64,000 nt of DNA, from positions 1,488,001 through 1,552,000 of the forward strand of contig CAJFCJ010000001.1 of assembly GCA_904063045.1 (NCBI GenBank), read 5' to 3'. Position 1 is the stretch's first letter, and the number at the start of each line of letters is the position of its first letter. Positions 1 to 11,597 of the stretch are shown piece by piece. Below the pieces are notes generated by a model that was given only the letters and a program-made list of their open reading frames with translations, did no database searches and was not told the origin of the DNA. Position numbers and translations under genes: made by a program. The DNA is from Dimorphilus gyrociliatus (Eukaryota; Animalia; Annelida).

Positions 1-3000
1 ATCCTTCACTGGGGTTCTGCTTTTTCTTTGCAATCTCAATGTGGCTGGTATAGCGCCGTACGTATATTAATCTATTTTCACTCTCATTAACTTAAAATAT
101 TCCCGTGAAAGGGACGTATTGTTTCAGACTATTGTAAATAGTTTTTCAATTAACACAAAAAATGACAATAATATGAAATTTAATACGCAATTATATAAAA
201 AAAAAACACTATTGCATTTTCTTTTTTTTGTACTTGTTTCCTAGGAAATATGTCATCGTTACACCAGAAAAAATTCGACCTGGTCAACCACTTGATATCT
301 ATTTCGAAATTGAAAATGATGGAGAGAATTTCCCGACTTCGGCAGCAATTGTATTCTCACTTGAGGGAACCAACTATATGGGAAGGGAGAGAAAAGAAAC
401 TGTAATCTTGTCCAAAAAGTTTGACATGGATATTACAAAACCTAACATTGTCTTTTTGGACATTCCATTCGATATTGACCAAAGCTTTGCCTATTCACTC
501 AACTTAAAAGCTGATGGGGAAATTCGTTATGGTACTTCGATTGCTAAGTAAGACTAATTCCTTTTCCATAAGAAATTTATTAAATCTTCTTCTTTTCAAG
601 ATTTAAAAACTCAACAAAAATTAATTTTGACAAGAAGAGTATGTCGATATTTATCCAAACCGATAAATCTATGTATAAACCAGGCCAGATGGGTAATACT
701 CTTTAAACTATTTCCTGTCTTTCTTACTAATCATTTGTTCTTGAAAAGTTAATTTCAGAGTTATTTCTGTTTATCCCGATTTGAAGCCTTTTGATAAACT
801 GCTGAATATCGAGATTTTTGTAAGTAACTTAATCATCACTCTATAAAAATCATTTATTTAATACATATTTGATTCTCAAAGGATCCGAGGAATAATAAAA
901 TTGTACAAAAATTCAACGCTACACAAGAATTCAAAGGCGTTGTAAGTGACAATCTACAATTAAGCGATCAACCTATTGAAGGTACTTGGAAAATCACAGC
1001 TCAATATGGTGTAAGTGTAATAGTCTAAGATTTGGATCACTATGAATAAATCTTTTTTATTTAGACTGAAAAAGTCGAAAAAACCTTTATAGTTGAAGAA
1101 TACGTTTTACCCAAATTCGAAGTGAAAATTAAATCGCCAAGTTACATTGTTTATGATGATAAAAAAAATAAGTTGGCACCAATTACGGAAGATATTCATT
1201 TTACAACTGAAGTTTTGTATGTATATCTGTTTTGGAAAAATATTTTTGCTATCTTATCGTTAATCTTAGGTATACTCATGGTAAACCTGTGGAAGGTTCG
1301 GTCGTCGTTGATATTACGATGTACAAATACTGTTCATACAGATGTCCCAAATACAAAACAATCCAGAAATCTGGCCAAGTGAGTTTTAATTTGAAAGAAA
1401 TACAAAAAAAATGATTAGATTTTTATCACTCGTTTCCTGTTTTAGTTAAACAAACTAACTGGTCGTGCTGATTTTACCTTGTCATCTGAGGATATTTTAT
1501 CCATGACGTCAACAAGAGAAAGATGGAGATGGGAGAAACTAGAAATTCAATTCAATGCGAGAGCCACAGAGACTGTTAGTGGTATTACGTTAAATGGTAC
1601 TGGAAAAACTACCGTACGTTTGGAATCTTTTACAACAGAGTTTTTGAGTTCAACGCCTGAAAACTATAAACTCGGCTTGCTCTACACTGGCTTTGTGAGT
1701 TGTTGATTACTTTTAGTAAGCCTGATCATTTAGTTTTGTTATATTTTAGTGGAAAGTTACCCAAATCGATGGTTCCCCAATTACTGAAGAGCAGTTGAAA
1801 AATGAGAAAGGAGATGATGAAGTTTTATCTGTTGAAATTGGATACATCGTAAGAATAGAATTCGTAATTAGAATCATATAATAATTTTTAAAAATTCTTA
1901 GTGGCAGTATAATAAAACCATCAATGGTCGTATCGTTACTCAAAGGTAAATAAATATATGAAGGAAATACGATAATAATGATTGTTTTTAATTCAATATG
2001 TAAAAACAGTGGAACTGAAGAAAAAAGAGTAAAAACTTTCCCAATTCCTAAATCTGGTCTTGTATTTGTTACTTTTACCCCACCCAAAAGTAATATAATC
2101 AGAGATATGTGGTTTGATACGATAAAACTTATGGTAAGTCAAATTAAAACATGTCACTATGATAAATATTCTTTGATAATGATGTTTGCTTTCAAAGGCC
2201 ACATTTAAAACTAAACGAACCTACAAAAGTCTTAGCCAATTTGTTACTAAGAAAACTAAAGTTGGATTGCAAATGACTGTGCAGAACGATGGAGGAATAA
2301 ATGTAAGTGTATTAAATGAATATACCAAACTTTTCAATAACACAAACGCAATACTTTTACACAGCCTGATGAAGAATTGAAAGTACTTATGACTACTACA
2401 GTTGCTATTCCTAGTTTTACATATATCGTTAGTATAATTTTATAATAGAGATTTTGTTAATAAGATTTTTTATCGTGTTTGTTCCCAGCTCATATCTCGC
2501 GGTCGTCTTATTTTCAACGGTGAAGTATCTATGGATGGACTATTAGAAAGAGAATTTTCGATTTTCATTTCGAAGGATATATCGCGAAAAATTGCTCCTT
2601 CGGCTAGATTATTAAGCTTTTATAAGTCAGTGGAGAACGAAATGGTTGCTGATAGTATTGAATTCAACGTTAATGGCTTATTCTCTAATGACGTCAAAAT
2701 ATCCTTCAATAAAGATCAAGTTTCTCCCGGTGAGAACATAGACCTCAATATTCAAGCATCGCCTCATTCATTTTTGGGATTATTGGCTGTCGATACGTCT
2801 GTTCTATTGTTAGGTGGTGGAAATGATTTGGAAAGTAAAGATGTTATGACGGAGGTTAAGAAGTATGACTCAAGCAGTCATAATTACTTTCCATATGAAC
2901 GTAGGTTTAGAAGGAAGAGATCAATCATGCCGTGGCCAATGAGATGGGGAGCCCAAGATACAAGTGCAGTGCTAACTAATGCTGGAGTTCGTATGATGAC

Positions 3001-4482
3001 TGATGCTCTTATCTACAAGAAAATTATTTATCGTGAGTTTTTCTAATTTATTCCTTTATAGTCCATCTTAAGTGAAACTATAAGACAACTGAAGCTTAAC
3101 GATTTCCAATGTTACCAAAATTGCTCTTTCGACATTTTGCGCTTCCAAAGAGTATGAATGAAAGATTAAACATAAGTTATTTAGGTTATCCAGAATACTT
3201 TCCTGGAATGCCCGGCGTTCCTGGAATGGCTGGATCTGGCCCACGTGGGCAAGAAGGACAGCCTGGCCCTCCTACTGATAACGATGGGGTGAAAAGAACT
3301 CCTGAAACTGATGTTGATACAGGCTCAGTCTCTGTGAGAAAACTTTTCCCCGAGACCTGGTTGTACTTCAATAAGGCTGTAGGGTAAACTGTCTTTTTTA
3401 AATATACTTTGCTTTCTTCTCCATTTCTACTGCCATTTCTAGTTACTTCAGCAGTCTGTCTTTTTTTAACACCTCCAATTCTTTATGAAAAAGCAAATTT
3501 TCCGAAACTTCATTCTTTCCTATTCTAAGGTGCGATTTTTTTTGACTAAATCTCACCTTTATCTGAAATATTTAAGGGATATGTTAGCTTGATGAATCCA
3601 ATTGAATGTATTCCTGTGTGTTCTGACTTATGGATCATCATTCTACTAATTTTGATACATGGTTGTCTAAAGTCCCACAAAAATAAAGAAGCTATTTAAA
3701 TTTCCATGTAGATCCCTATCCCGAAGCGATTGATGATATAGCATTTGACTTCGGATCTACTAATAGACATGAAAAATTTCCCGCGAGTACTCCCTCTGAT
3801 AATCCTGTGAGAAAAAATTTCCCAGAAACATGGATGTACTCAAATTTAATGATGGGGTATAGAAAGTATTCTTCGACACTAGTTAGTTTCCTGTAGATAG
3901 TAGTTTATTTGCAATTCCCTAAGGTTGATAATTTTTGCCAGACAATTCATTGTCACTTGTAAATAACAAGCCATTCAAAACACTGATTTTAATGAAGTAG
4001 AAAAACAATTCAACAGATTTTTTCATGATAATCTTTCAGAACTTCAAATAATAATGGCGCAAGAAAGTAGACATTTTAATATTGTAGCCCCAAATTCAAA
4101 CAAGGCACATGATAAAAGTCCCAAAAGACGTATATTTCCAGAAACCTGGCTTTGGGAAAGCTATATTTTACGGTAAAGCTTTTAGGATAGAAATCAAAAT
4201 GATGACATTTTAAAACTAATATGATAAGATAGATAAGTTATTATATATTAGCTTCTTGGCTAATTTACCACTTCTAAACATTATTTTGAAAGAGTTAAAC
4301 TGTTCTTGAAGTAATTTTAGTTAAAATAATGGTCTAACGATATACAGGTGGAAAAATGCAGGCAATGAAATTTTCAAAAAATATTATGAAAAAACAGTCG
4401 CAAACTTTTCTCAGTAAAAAAATTGATAGAACTCATTTTCCTGAAATTTGGTTTTGGATAAACAAACTTATTGGGTAAAATA

Positions 4483-4516
<34 letters not shown>

Positions 4517-7500
4517 TTAAATCGTTTAACCGAATTGTTCATGTATTATTTGTAAAAAGCTTAAAAATAGTAGGGAAAAGAGCTGCATGAGCCGAGCCGT
4601 CTAACGTTGTTTATATTTTGCTTTTACTGGAAAACATTTGTTTTTACAGTATTAAAAGAGTAATTTATGATTATTAGCGAAACTTAAGGTATAAATATTA
4701 AAACAGCGGAAATGTTTGCTTTCTCTAACAATATGGCTAGAGGAGGTGGTGGAATTCAAACAATGGGAATAAAAAAAAACATGAGATCAAAGTCAAAATC
4801 TGCAGAAGGAGAGTCAGATACATCCGAAAGCATCGAGGAACCGTCAAGTGTAAGGAGACTATTTCCTGAGACTTGGCTTTGGTTCGAAAAAAATATAGGG
4901 TAGGAAAATGTCACCTGAAAAGTAGCACTTGTTTTAGAATCAAAAAATCACTTTTACCCCTAGAACTGTCTCTCTGCTTTTTTATGTCTAGTGAACATTC
5001 CAAGGGTCGAAAAATTTTTAAAGTAGATATTAGAGTCTATCCTTTTTTTTAAAACTTGTTACAGATAGGAAACGATTATTGTTCTCGAAAGATGGGAGAG
5101 CGAAATATAAAAATGTACTTCACCAAAAACCACAAGAGAGTAATTCTCTCTCCAAAAAGAAAGTTACTGTCAGAAAAAATTTTCCAGAAACGTGGCTTTG
5201 GAATCAATACATTATTGGGTGAATTTGAAATTTTTATTAGGAATTCCCCTAGACCCTGACGGAATGATTTAATTTATATACTTATTTTATTTGTTTGCAA
5301 ATGGCAAAAATTTCAATTTTTAGGAGATAAATATTTAGCTATTGTGGAATGTTTCCTAGCGCTCATAATTTGTTGTTGTCGTTGTTGTACGGAGACGCAT
5401 GTTAGTAATTTTTTGAACGAAGCATGGTACCAAATTCATCAATCAATCAATTTGTACCATTTTTAATTTTTTTTTTAATTTGTAGCAAAATCAATAATTA
5501 TATGAATCTAAATTATACATTTTCTTAACAAGTAACGCCTAATATCGATTGATGGTTGCTTGAAATGCTTTTAGAGCTTACACTTCATCTATTACCTTGT
5601 TACCTATTAACTCTCTTCATTTGTAGAAATAATATAATATTTATCTGAAATTATTTTACAGCCCCGATGGCAGGATGATTATCAACGCTGTAGTTCCTGA
5701 TACCATTACTTCTTGGGTTGCAACAGCATTCGCTATGAGTGAAACAGATGGTTTAGGAGTTGCAGAAGAGGGAGCAAAAGTAACAGTTTTCAAATCCTTC
5801 TTTATTCAATTGAGTCTTCCATATTCTGTTATCCGTGGTGAAGAATTTAAACTAAAAGTATTAGTCTTTAACTATGAAAGTACGCAAAAGACGGTAAAAA
5901 TTCATTTGAAAATCCCTCCTAATACATTCGTCGCGAGAACTGGTGAAAAGCTTGAGAAGGAAATATCAAACGCTTGGGCCTCCAAGACTGTTACTGTTGA
6001 ACCAAATTCTTCAAAGAGTGTAAACTTTTGGATCGAACCTAAAGCTTTGGGAAATATACCTTTGCTGGTTATGGCAAGAGGCCATCTTGTTGCTGATGCA
6101 ATTGAGAGGAATTTATTAGTTGAAGCTGAAGGTTCCCCAGAAGAATATTCAAAGTCTACATTTCTTCGTCTATCAAAAGACGGTGACAGTTCGACCAGCG
6201 CTAAATTTCATGTCGCCCTTCCGCCTCCATCTGTTCTTGTAAACGATTCTCAATATATATCAGTTACCGTTATTGGAGATATTATGGGTAAATCAATGAA
6301 CTCGCTAGAATCTCTTATAAGAATGCCTTATGGATGTGGAGAACAGAACATGATCAACTTTGTTCCAAACATTGTGGCTATGGACTACATGACTGCTTCT
6401 GGTCAGGTAACTGAATCAATCAAGAAAAAAGCCATTAAATATATGACGGCAGGCTATCAAAGAGAATTAACCTATCAGAGAGACGACGGATCTTTCTCAG
6501 CCTTTGGAAACAGAGACAAGAGTGGCTCACTTTGGCTGACAGATTATGTTACGAAATCTTTCATTGCTGCCTCCAAATACATATTCGTAGATCAGAAGAT
6601 TATTGCTAATTCTATACAATTTATCATGGGGCTTCAAGATAAAGACGGAAAATTTGCTGAACCTAAAGATGGTAGGGTTATACATGCTGGAATGCAAGGT
6701 GGTACATCAAAAGGTATCACTCTAACCGCCTACACTCTTGCTACATTGATTGAAGCTAGTAGAGTAGTTGATAAATCCAAAAATTTGATCGAGGTAATAG
6801 ACACCTCGCTAAAGTATCTTGACAATAATGCGCAGGAATACTACCAAGATCCATATGCTTTAGCTGTTCTCAGCTATACTTATCAACTTGCTGATCTATA
6901 TCATAATTCCTATAAATCAACTAAAGCTGATGACGTTTGGAATAATTTACAAAAACTAGCCAATGAAGAAGAAGGCATGAAATGGTGGAAGACCGTCAAA
7001 AAGGAGGTAAAATGCCCCAGAAGTTGGTGCTCTTCATATAACACTGCTAAAGCTTCCGATGTTGAGTTAGCAGCGTATGCCTTGCTTGTCTACTCTTTGA
7101 AAACTCAATACAAAGATGATATTGATTCTACTCTTCCAGTTTTACGATGGATGCTTTCGCAGACGAATGAAAAGGGAGCTTTCAAGAGTACTCAAGATAC
7201 TGTTGTTGGCTTGTCAGCTTTGGCTAAATATTCCAGTGTAGTTTTGGCTGGAAACGAGAAGAATATGAAAATAAAACTCTCTTACGGAGAAAGTTCTCAC
7301 AACTTCAATCTGATAGCTATGCACAATGCTACAATTTTACAACAAACCGTTGTACCTAAAGACACACAAACAATTTCCGTGGAGGCCACTGGATATGGTA
7401 CTGCTGTTGTCCAAATGAATGTTAACTATAACATTAAAGACACGGAAGGCGAACCACCCAAACTTCACTCAACTCTTAAACAAATGCATTCACCAAAAGG

Positions 7501-8091
7501 CGTTCAATTAAAATCTTGTGTTAAGTTCTCTGCTGAAAATGGAGAAGAAAGTGGCATGGTTGTTACCGAGCTGAATGTTCTTAGCGGTCATTTTGTGGAT
7601 ACCTCAGAATTGTTACAAGAATATGGAACAAGAGGCTTGAAACGAGTAGAAAGTGTTGGAAAGAAAGTCAACATGTATTGGGATGGATTCTCCGATAGAG
7701 AAGAATGCTTCGAGTTGTTCGTTCAAAGAAAAGATCCAGTAGTAAATGTTCAACCTGCTGAAATTGCTCACTACGTATACTATGATGTCGAAGAAAGATC
7801 AAGTCATATGTACTCATCTGACAGAAAAGGCTTTGTTTTAAATTTTCATGAAGCAAGATTAGCTGCCTGTAATGACTGTGGCATTGGTATGTATATCAAC
7901 TTCAATGTTATAGAAATTTAATATATCTTTTTTTACATTTTTAAAATTTTCCAGAATACGTTTCGAATCTTAAAGAATCTAACGATCAGGGTCAGGAAAT
8001 ACCTATTTTCCCAATTGGTAGTTCTTCCTCTTCTTTAAGATTTGGATTGTGGATTGCTATATTATCTCTTTCTACAATATTTCTTCTTTAA
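1..8091 (+). CDS. CD109: Thioester-containing protein (TEP/CD109-like, alpha-2-macroglobulin family), probably GPI-anchored; multi-exon, 5'-partial
   Basis: Signal-peptide-like first exon (SFTGVLLFLCNLNVAGIAP, donor at 58). SIFIQTDKSMYKPGQ and EEYVLPKFEV MG-domain motifs; RRFRRKR furin-type site near 2900; FPETW after the variable region; PYGCGEQNM thioester; GRVIHAGMQGG catalytic His; STQDTVVGL. Long exon 5662-7886. Last exon 7955-8091 ends GSSSSSLRFGLWIAILSLSTIFLL*, a GPI-signal-like tail. Confidence 0.9.
3118..3132 (+). promoter_or_regulatory. Candidate upstream docking site for TEP cassette selection (AAATTGCTCTTTCGA)
   Basis: Hand-derived complementarity to sequences upstream of cassettes A (3147-3154), B (3685-3697), D (4286-4295), E (4655-4666; 12/12 pairs including one G-U) and F (4919-4927). 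Confidence 0.45.
3185..3383 (+). CDS. TEP variable cassette exon A (Gly/Pro-rich, Gly-X-Y-like bait)
   Basis: ttAG|gt..gg|GTaaac, 199 nt; YPEYFPGMPGVPGMAGSGPRGQEGQPGPP...VRKLFPETWLYFNKAVG. Confidence 0.85.
3712..3856 (+). CDS. TEP variable cassette exon B
   Basis: tgtAG|at..gg|GTatag, 145 nt, open; PYPEAIDDIAFDFGSTNRHEKFPASTPSDNPVRKNFPETWMYSNLMMG. Confidence 0.85.
4040..4172 (+). CDS. TEP variable cassette exon C
   Basis: tttcAG|aa..cg|GTaaag, 133 nt; LQIIMAQESRHFNIVAPNSNKAHDKSPKRRIFPETWLWESYILR. An alternative in-frame acceptor near 3970 is possible. Confidence 0.8.
4348..4474 (+). CDS. TEP variable cassette exon D
   Basis: tacAG|gt..gg|GTaaaa, 127 nt; GKMQAMKFSKNIMKKQSQTFLSKKIDRTHFPEIWFWINKLIG. 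Confidence 0.8.
4485..4514. repeat. (AT)15 microsatellite in the intron after cassette D
   Basis: Read directly from the sequence. Confidence 0.95.
4707..4899 (+). CDS. TEP variable cassette exon E
   Basis: aacAG|cg..gg|GTagga, 193 nt; EMFAFSNNMARGGGGIQTMGIKKNMRSKSKSAEGESDTSESIEEPSSVRRLFPETWLWFEKNIG. Confidence 0.85.
5065..5218 (+). CDS. TEP variable cassette exon F
   Basis: ttacAG|at..gg|GTgaat, 154 nt; RKRLLFSKDGRAKYKNVLHQKPQESNSLSKKKVTVRKNFPETWLWNQYIIG. Confidence 0.85.
5345..5359 (+). promoter_or_regulatory. Candidate downstream docking site for TEP cassette selection (TGGAATGTTTCCTAG)
   Basis: Complementary to CTAGTGAACATTCCA (4988-5002, 14/15 pairs including one G-U) after cassette E. 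Weaker matches after B (3860-3872), D (4627-4639) and F (5238-5247). Confidence 0.45.
6332..6346 (+). other. Thioester motif GCGEQ
   Basis: gga tgt gga gaa cag within the large TEP exon. Confidence 0.97.
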
Positions 8092-8767
8092 ACTTTTTTA
8101 AATATATCTACATTTGCTTAAAATCACATGTTTATCAAAGTCTCCTTTGTGTAGAGTATTTAATAAAAAAGTTTGGTATGAATTTGTTCTTATTTTGAAT
8201 TTAGCTAAAAAATTAATATAGTTTCTATATTAACAAACAAGTGAAATTTTTGTTGCCTATGTTTTTTGACTAAATTTAATGGTTCAGTGTTTAAATTTTA
8301 ATTTGAAAATGTATAGTAACAGTACACCGTATATATATATTAGTAATATTAGTATATTATTAAATACTTTCACCAGACAGTGACGTCGTAGAGAACTACG
8401 ATAATTTTTCAACAAGAGCTTTATTATTATAGAAATATAGAATATAATACATTTAAAAATCAGTCTCTATGCGAATACTAGAAAAATGAAATCGGTAGTA
8501 CAAAATCAAATAAGTGAATATAACGTAAAATTTTGAAATCTTCAATTTCTAACTTTTTAAAAAGTTAGTTTATCATAATCATTTTGGAAATATGATTTAT
8601 TTCTAATAAAAAAAGACATTTTTAAGTCTGTCAACAAAAGTTTAATTAATTAAAAAGTATATATTCTATAAAAAGAATTGCCAAACCCACGGATTTTGTA
8701 TTCCAATAAAAACTGGTATATTTGAACTGTTGTGTTTCGTAACTTAACTGCGGAGTCGGCATAAAGA

Positions 8768-11277
8768 ATGGAGGCACGCAAGAAAATATCCGAAATACTT
8801 TCCTCGTTTACACAGGAACAAAATGTGTACGTAAGCATTGTTTTTTCTTGTTATAAACTTTATTTAATAAGGAAAGGTTTAAATTTTTGTCATTATATTT
8901 AAGTATTATACATTACGATTTAAGAATCTTCTTCCATTATCGTTAATAGATCTAAGAAACCGAACGCAATCTCTCAAGAGTTTGTTCAGACGGACTTTAT
9001 TGATTTCAAAAAACGAGTTTTAACTTTTGATGTAAGTATTTAACTATTAAATAAAGATAATGCATCCCAAAAATTTTTTAGCCCTCAGTTTGGTATGGAA
9101 AGCCAATGTGGTTGAATCCATTGCAGCTAGCTCGATTTGGATGGACAATGGTCAGTCATAATTTACTTAAGTGCTCGTTTTGTAGTGCTTATGCCGGTAC
9201 GGATCTACCATTACCAACAAACAAAGCAGTTTGTAAGTTTTTAACAGGTTAAGATTATAGCATTTTAAAACAACTTCACCCGTTAGATGACAATTGCGTG
9301 GAAAGACTGAAAAAATCGTTACTTTTAAATCACAATTCCCTGTGTAGTATAAGAAGCCGTCCCTGTTCTGGTAAGCTATCAAGTTTTATGAGAGTAAACG
9401 AATACATTTAAAGAATTTTAGAATCTTATTTGACATTGGATTGGGAAAGTGTTCAAGAAGCACGAGATTATTTATTAGAAAGAGTAACCGCGACACTAGA
9501 AGTTGGTTATAATCTTCCGAGAGTTAGCGAAGAAATTTTGATGAAATTAGTAAGTATTTGTTTGAGTATGCTTATGACATACTAATATAATCATACATAA
9601 TAGGGTCTTAATGAAGAAAACTTTAAAACAATGAAGAAGATCTTTGAGAAAGATTTACCAAATAATTCTGACATGGATGTTATTAAATGTGCTGTTTCTC
9701 TGTCTCTTTGTGGTTGGGTAATTAGGTAAGTAGATAATATGAGTTTTTTATCTATTTATATTTATTTACATTCCAGAAAAGTTGCCAAGAACATTGAAAT
9801 TTATTGTAATATGTGCAATAGACAAGTTGCACTTCGACAATATTATACACTTCAAGATGAACCTAGACCAATTGGAGAAAATGAAGACTCTGTAATAGGA
9901 AGCTCAGAAATAGCTAGCTTTGAAACTAAACGGTCAGATGTCGCTGTCCAAACAACTACACTTGAATTTGAACATGAAGAAGTTCAAACAGAAGTTGATA
10001 GTAATGGTGAGTGTTTGAATATTGAATAATATTAAAAATAATATTAAATAAATTTTATAAAAATGTTCAATATTTTTAGCTTGGAAGAAAATGCTAGCTA
10101 GGAAGAATTCATATGATTCCGAAGACTCGTCAACTGGCTTATTTAGCTCAAACTGTCGACCTTTTTCACCCCGACATGTACCTACAAAAAATGGTGTCTT
10201 TGGAAATCAAAGTGCTCCCCAATCCAATATTTTCTACTCATCAACCTCTTATAATACCAGCAGATCAAGTTCAGCATTGGAAGTACTCCACGAAGTTGCT
10301 ACTGAAGAAGAGAGCGTTTCGGCTATGAGAGAAGAGAGCGTTTCAACTGTAAGAGATGACAGTAACTCAAATTCTACTGAAGAACAAAGGGAAAAAGAAG
10401 AAAAAAATGATTCTAATACTAAATTTGATCTTCATACTATTCTTGAAGAGAGTCAGGACGAAAATTGTCAAGAGGAATCTGAAAACGAAGACTCACCTGT
10501 CAGCAAATTAGAAAAAAATGTTAATTTTCAAGCAGTATTAGATACTGAAGAAACAGAAGAATATCCCACAATTTGTTTTGAACAAAGTAAGGGTGATGAC
10601 GATAGTGGAAGTGATGAGTATGAAGAATATGTTGGAGAATATGAATCCCTTTCGAATGAAGATGATATCGAGGATATGACTGAAAATGATACAAACTACG
10701 AAGTAATAGCTGTTTCAACTACAAGTGAAAGTGATATGGAAAATGAGAGAAATAGTGCACTGGAAAGTGGCCAGGACGAATTGGATGCCGATTTCTATGA
10801 AGATGACGATTCCAACTCAAGCGAACCGAATATCCCTCAGGTTGATGGCTCAACAGAACTTAACAAAAGAAAGAGAACTTTGAGTAGCGAATCGAACTTT
10901 TCTTTTAAAAGACAAAGAACTCAAATGACAGTAAGTTTTTTAAAAAAAGTTACAATTTTATTTAAACTGCTAAAATCTTTATTTCCAATTTTAGAACAAA
11001 TTACACTTTCATCCAGCAAATGAACATAGAAGATGGTGTCCCTGGATTCACTCTCACGTTGCTAATAGTCAAGAAGGATATAAAGGATTTTTGTTCGCAG
11101 TTCTAGATGAAGTACCTCCTGGAGGCGTTAGAAAATTTCCAATGTTTGCTGAGGTAAATAATTCCTTATAACATTTTTTTCCCAATAAATGCTAATTTCT
11201 GCTTCTTGCAGCCAACTGGAGATAATGTAAAGAAAGTAAAACGCCTCTTAAAAGAATGGGCAGCGCCTATAGAATAA
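8768..11277 (+). CDS. ZC3HC1: NIPA/ZC3HC1-like C3HC zinc-finger protein (Rsm1-like), multi-exon
   Basis: Spliced reading gives WYGKPMWLNPLQLARFGW, LKCSFC...HNSLC (C3HC), SLCGW..YCNMCNRQV, an NLS-like KRKRTLSS, and FHPANEHRRWCPWI, matching the NIPA family layout. Confidence 0.85.
10307..10354 (+). repeat. Imperfect 24-bp coding tandem duplication (EESVSAMR/EESVSTVR)
   Basis: gaagagagcgtttcggctatgaga gaagagagcgtttcaactgtaaga. Confidence 0.9.
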
Positions 11278-11589
11278 TTGACCGAAATAATTATAATATA
11301 ATTATGATTTTATGTATGTTAACGTTATATTCTTACATCGCATTTGCTTATTACAATTAATAGAACTTTATGAATTAAGAACAAATGGTTTTTATTTTAT
11401 AATATTACGAATGGGTTAAATTTCTTTAAGGGTTTCAAACAATAGAAATTTATTAGTCTTTAATCAATCTTCCGCTATACTTTTATTGCGTCAGTATAAA
11501 TACTATCGACTTAGAAAGTAAACGTTTTCGAGACTGAACTACTATTTTTCTGTGAAAACTGGTTACTGAGAGTGTTCTGTTGTCGGTTA

Positions 11590-11597
11590 TTTCGCGC
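11590..11597 (+). promoter_or_regulatory. E2F-type site TTTCGCGC about 75 bp upstream of the MTBP-like ATG
   Basis: Exact match to the TTTSSCGC consensus, in front of a replication-initiation gene. Confidence 0.55.

Noticed and set aside
3109-3184. ORF-track N-terminus MLPKLLFRHF... before cassette A
   Set aside because: It is intron sequence that happens to be open; the exon starts at the AG at 3184.
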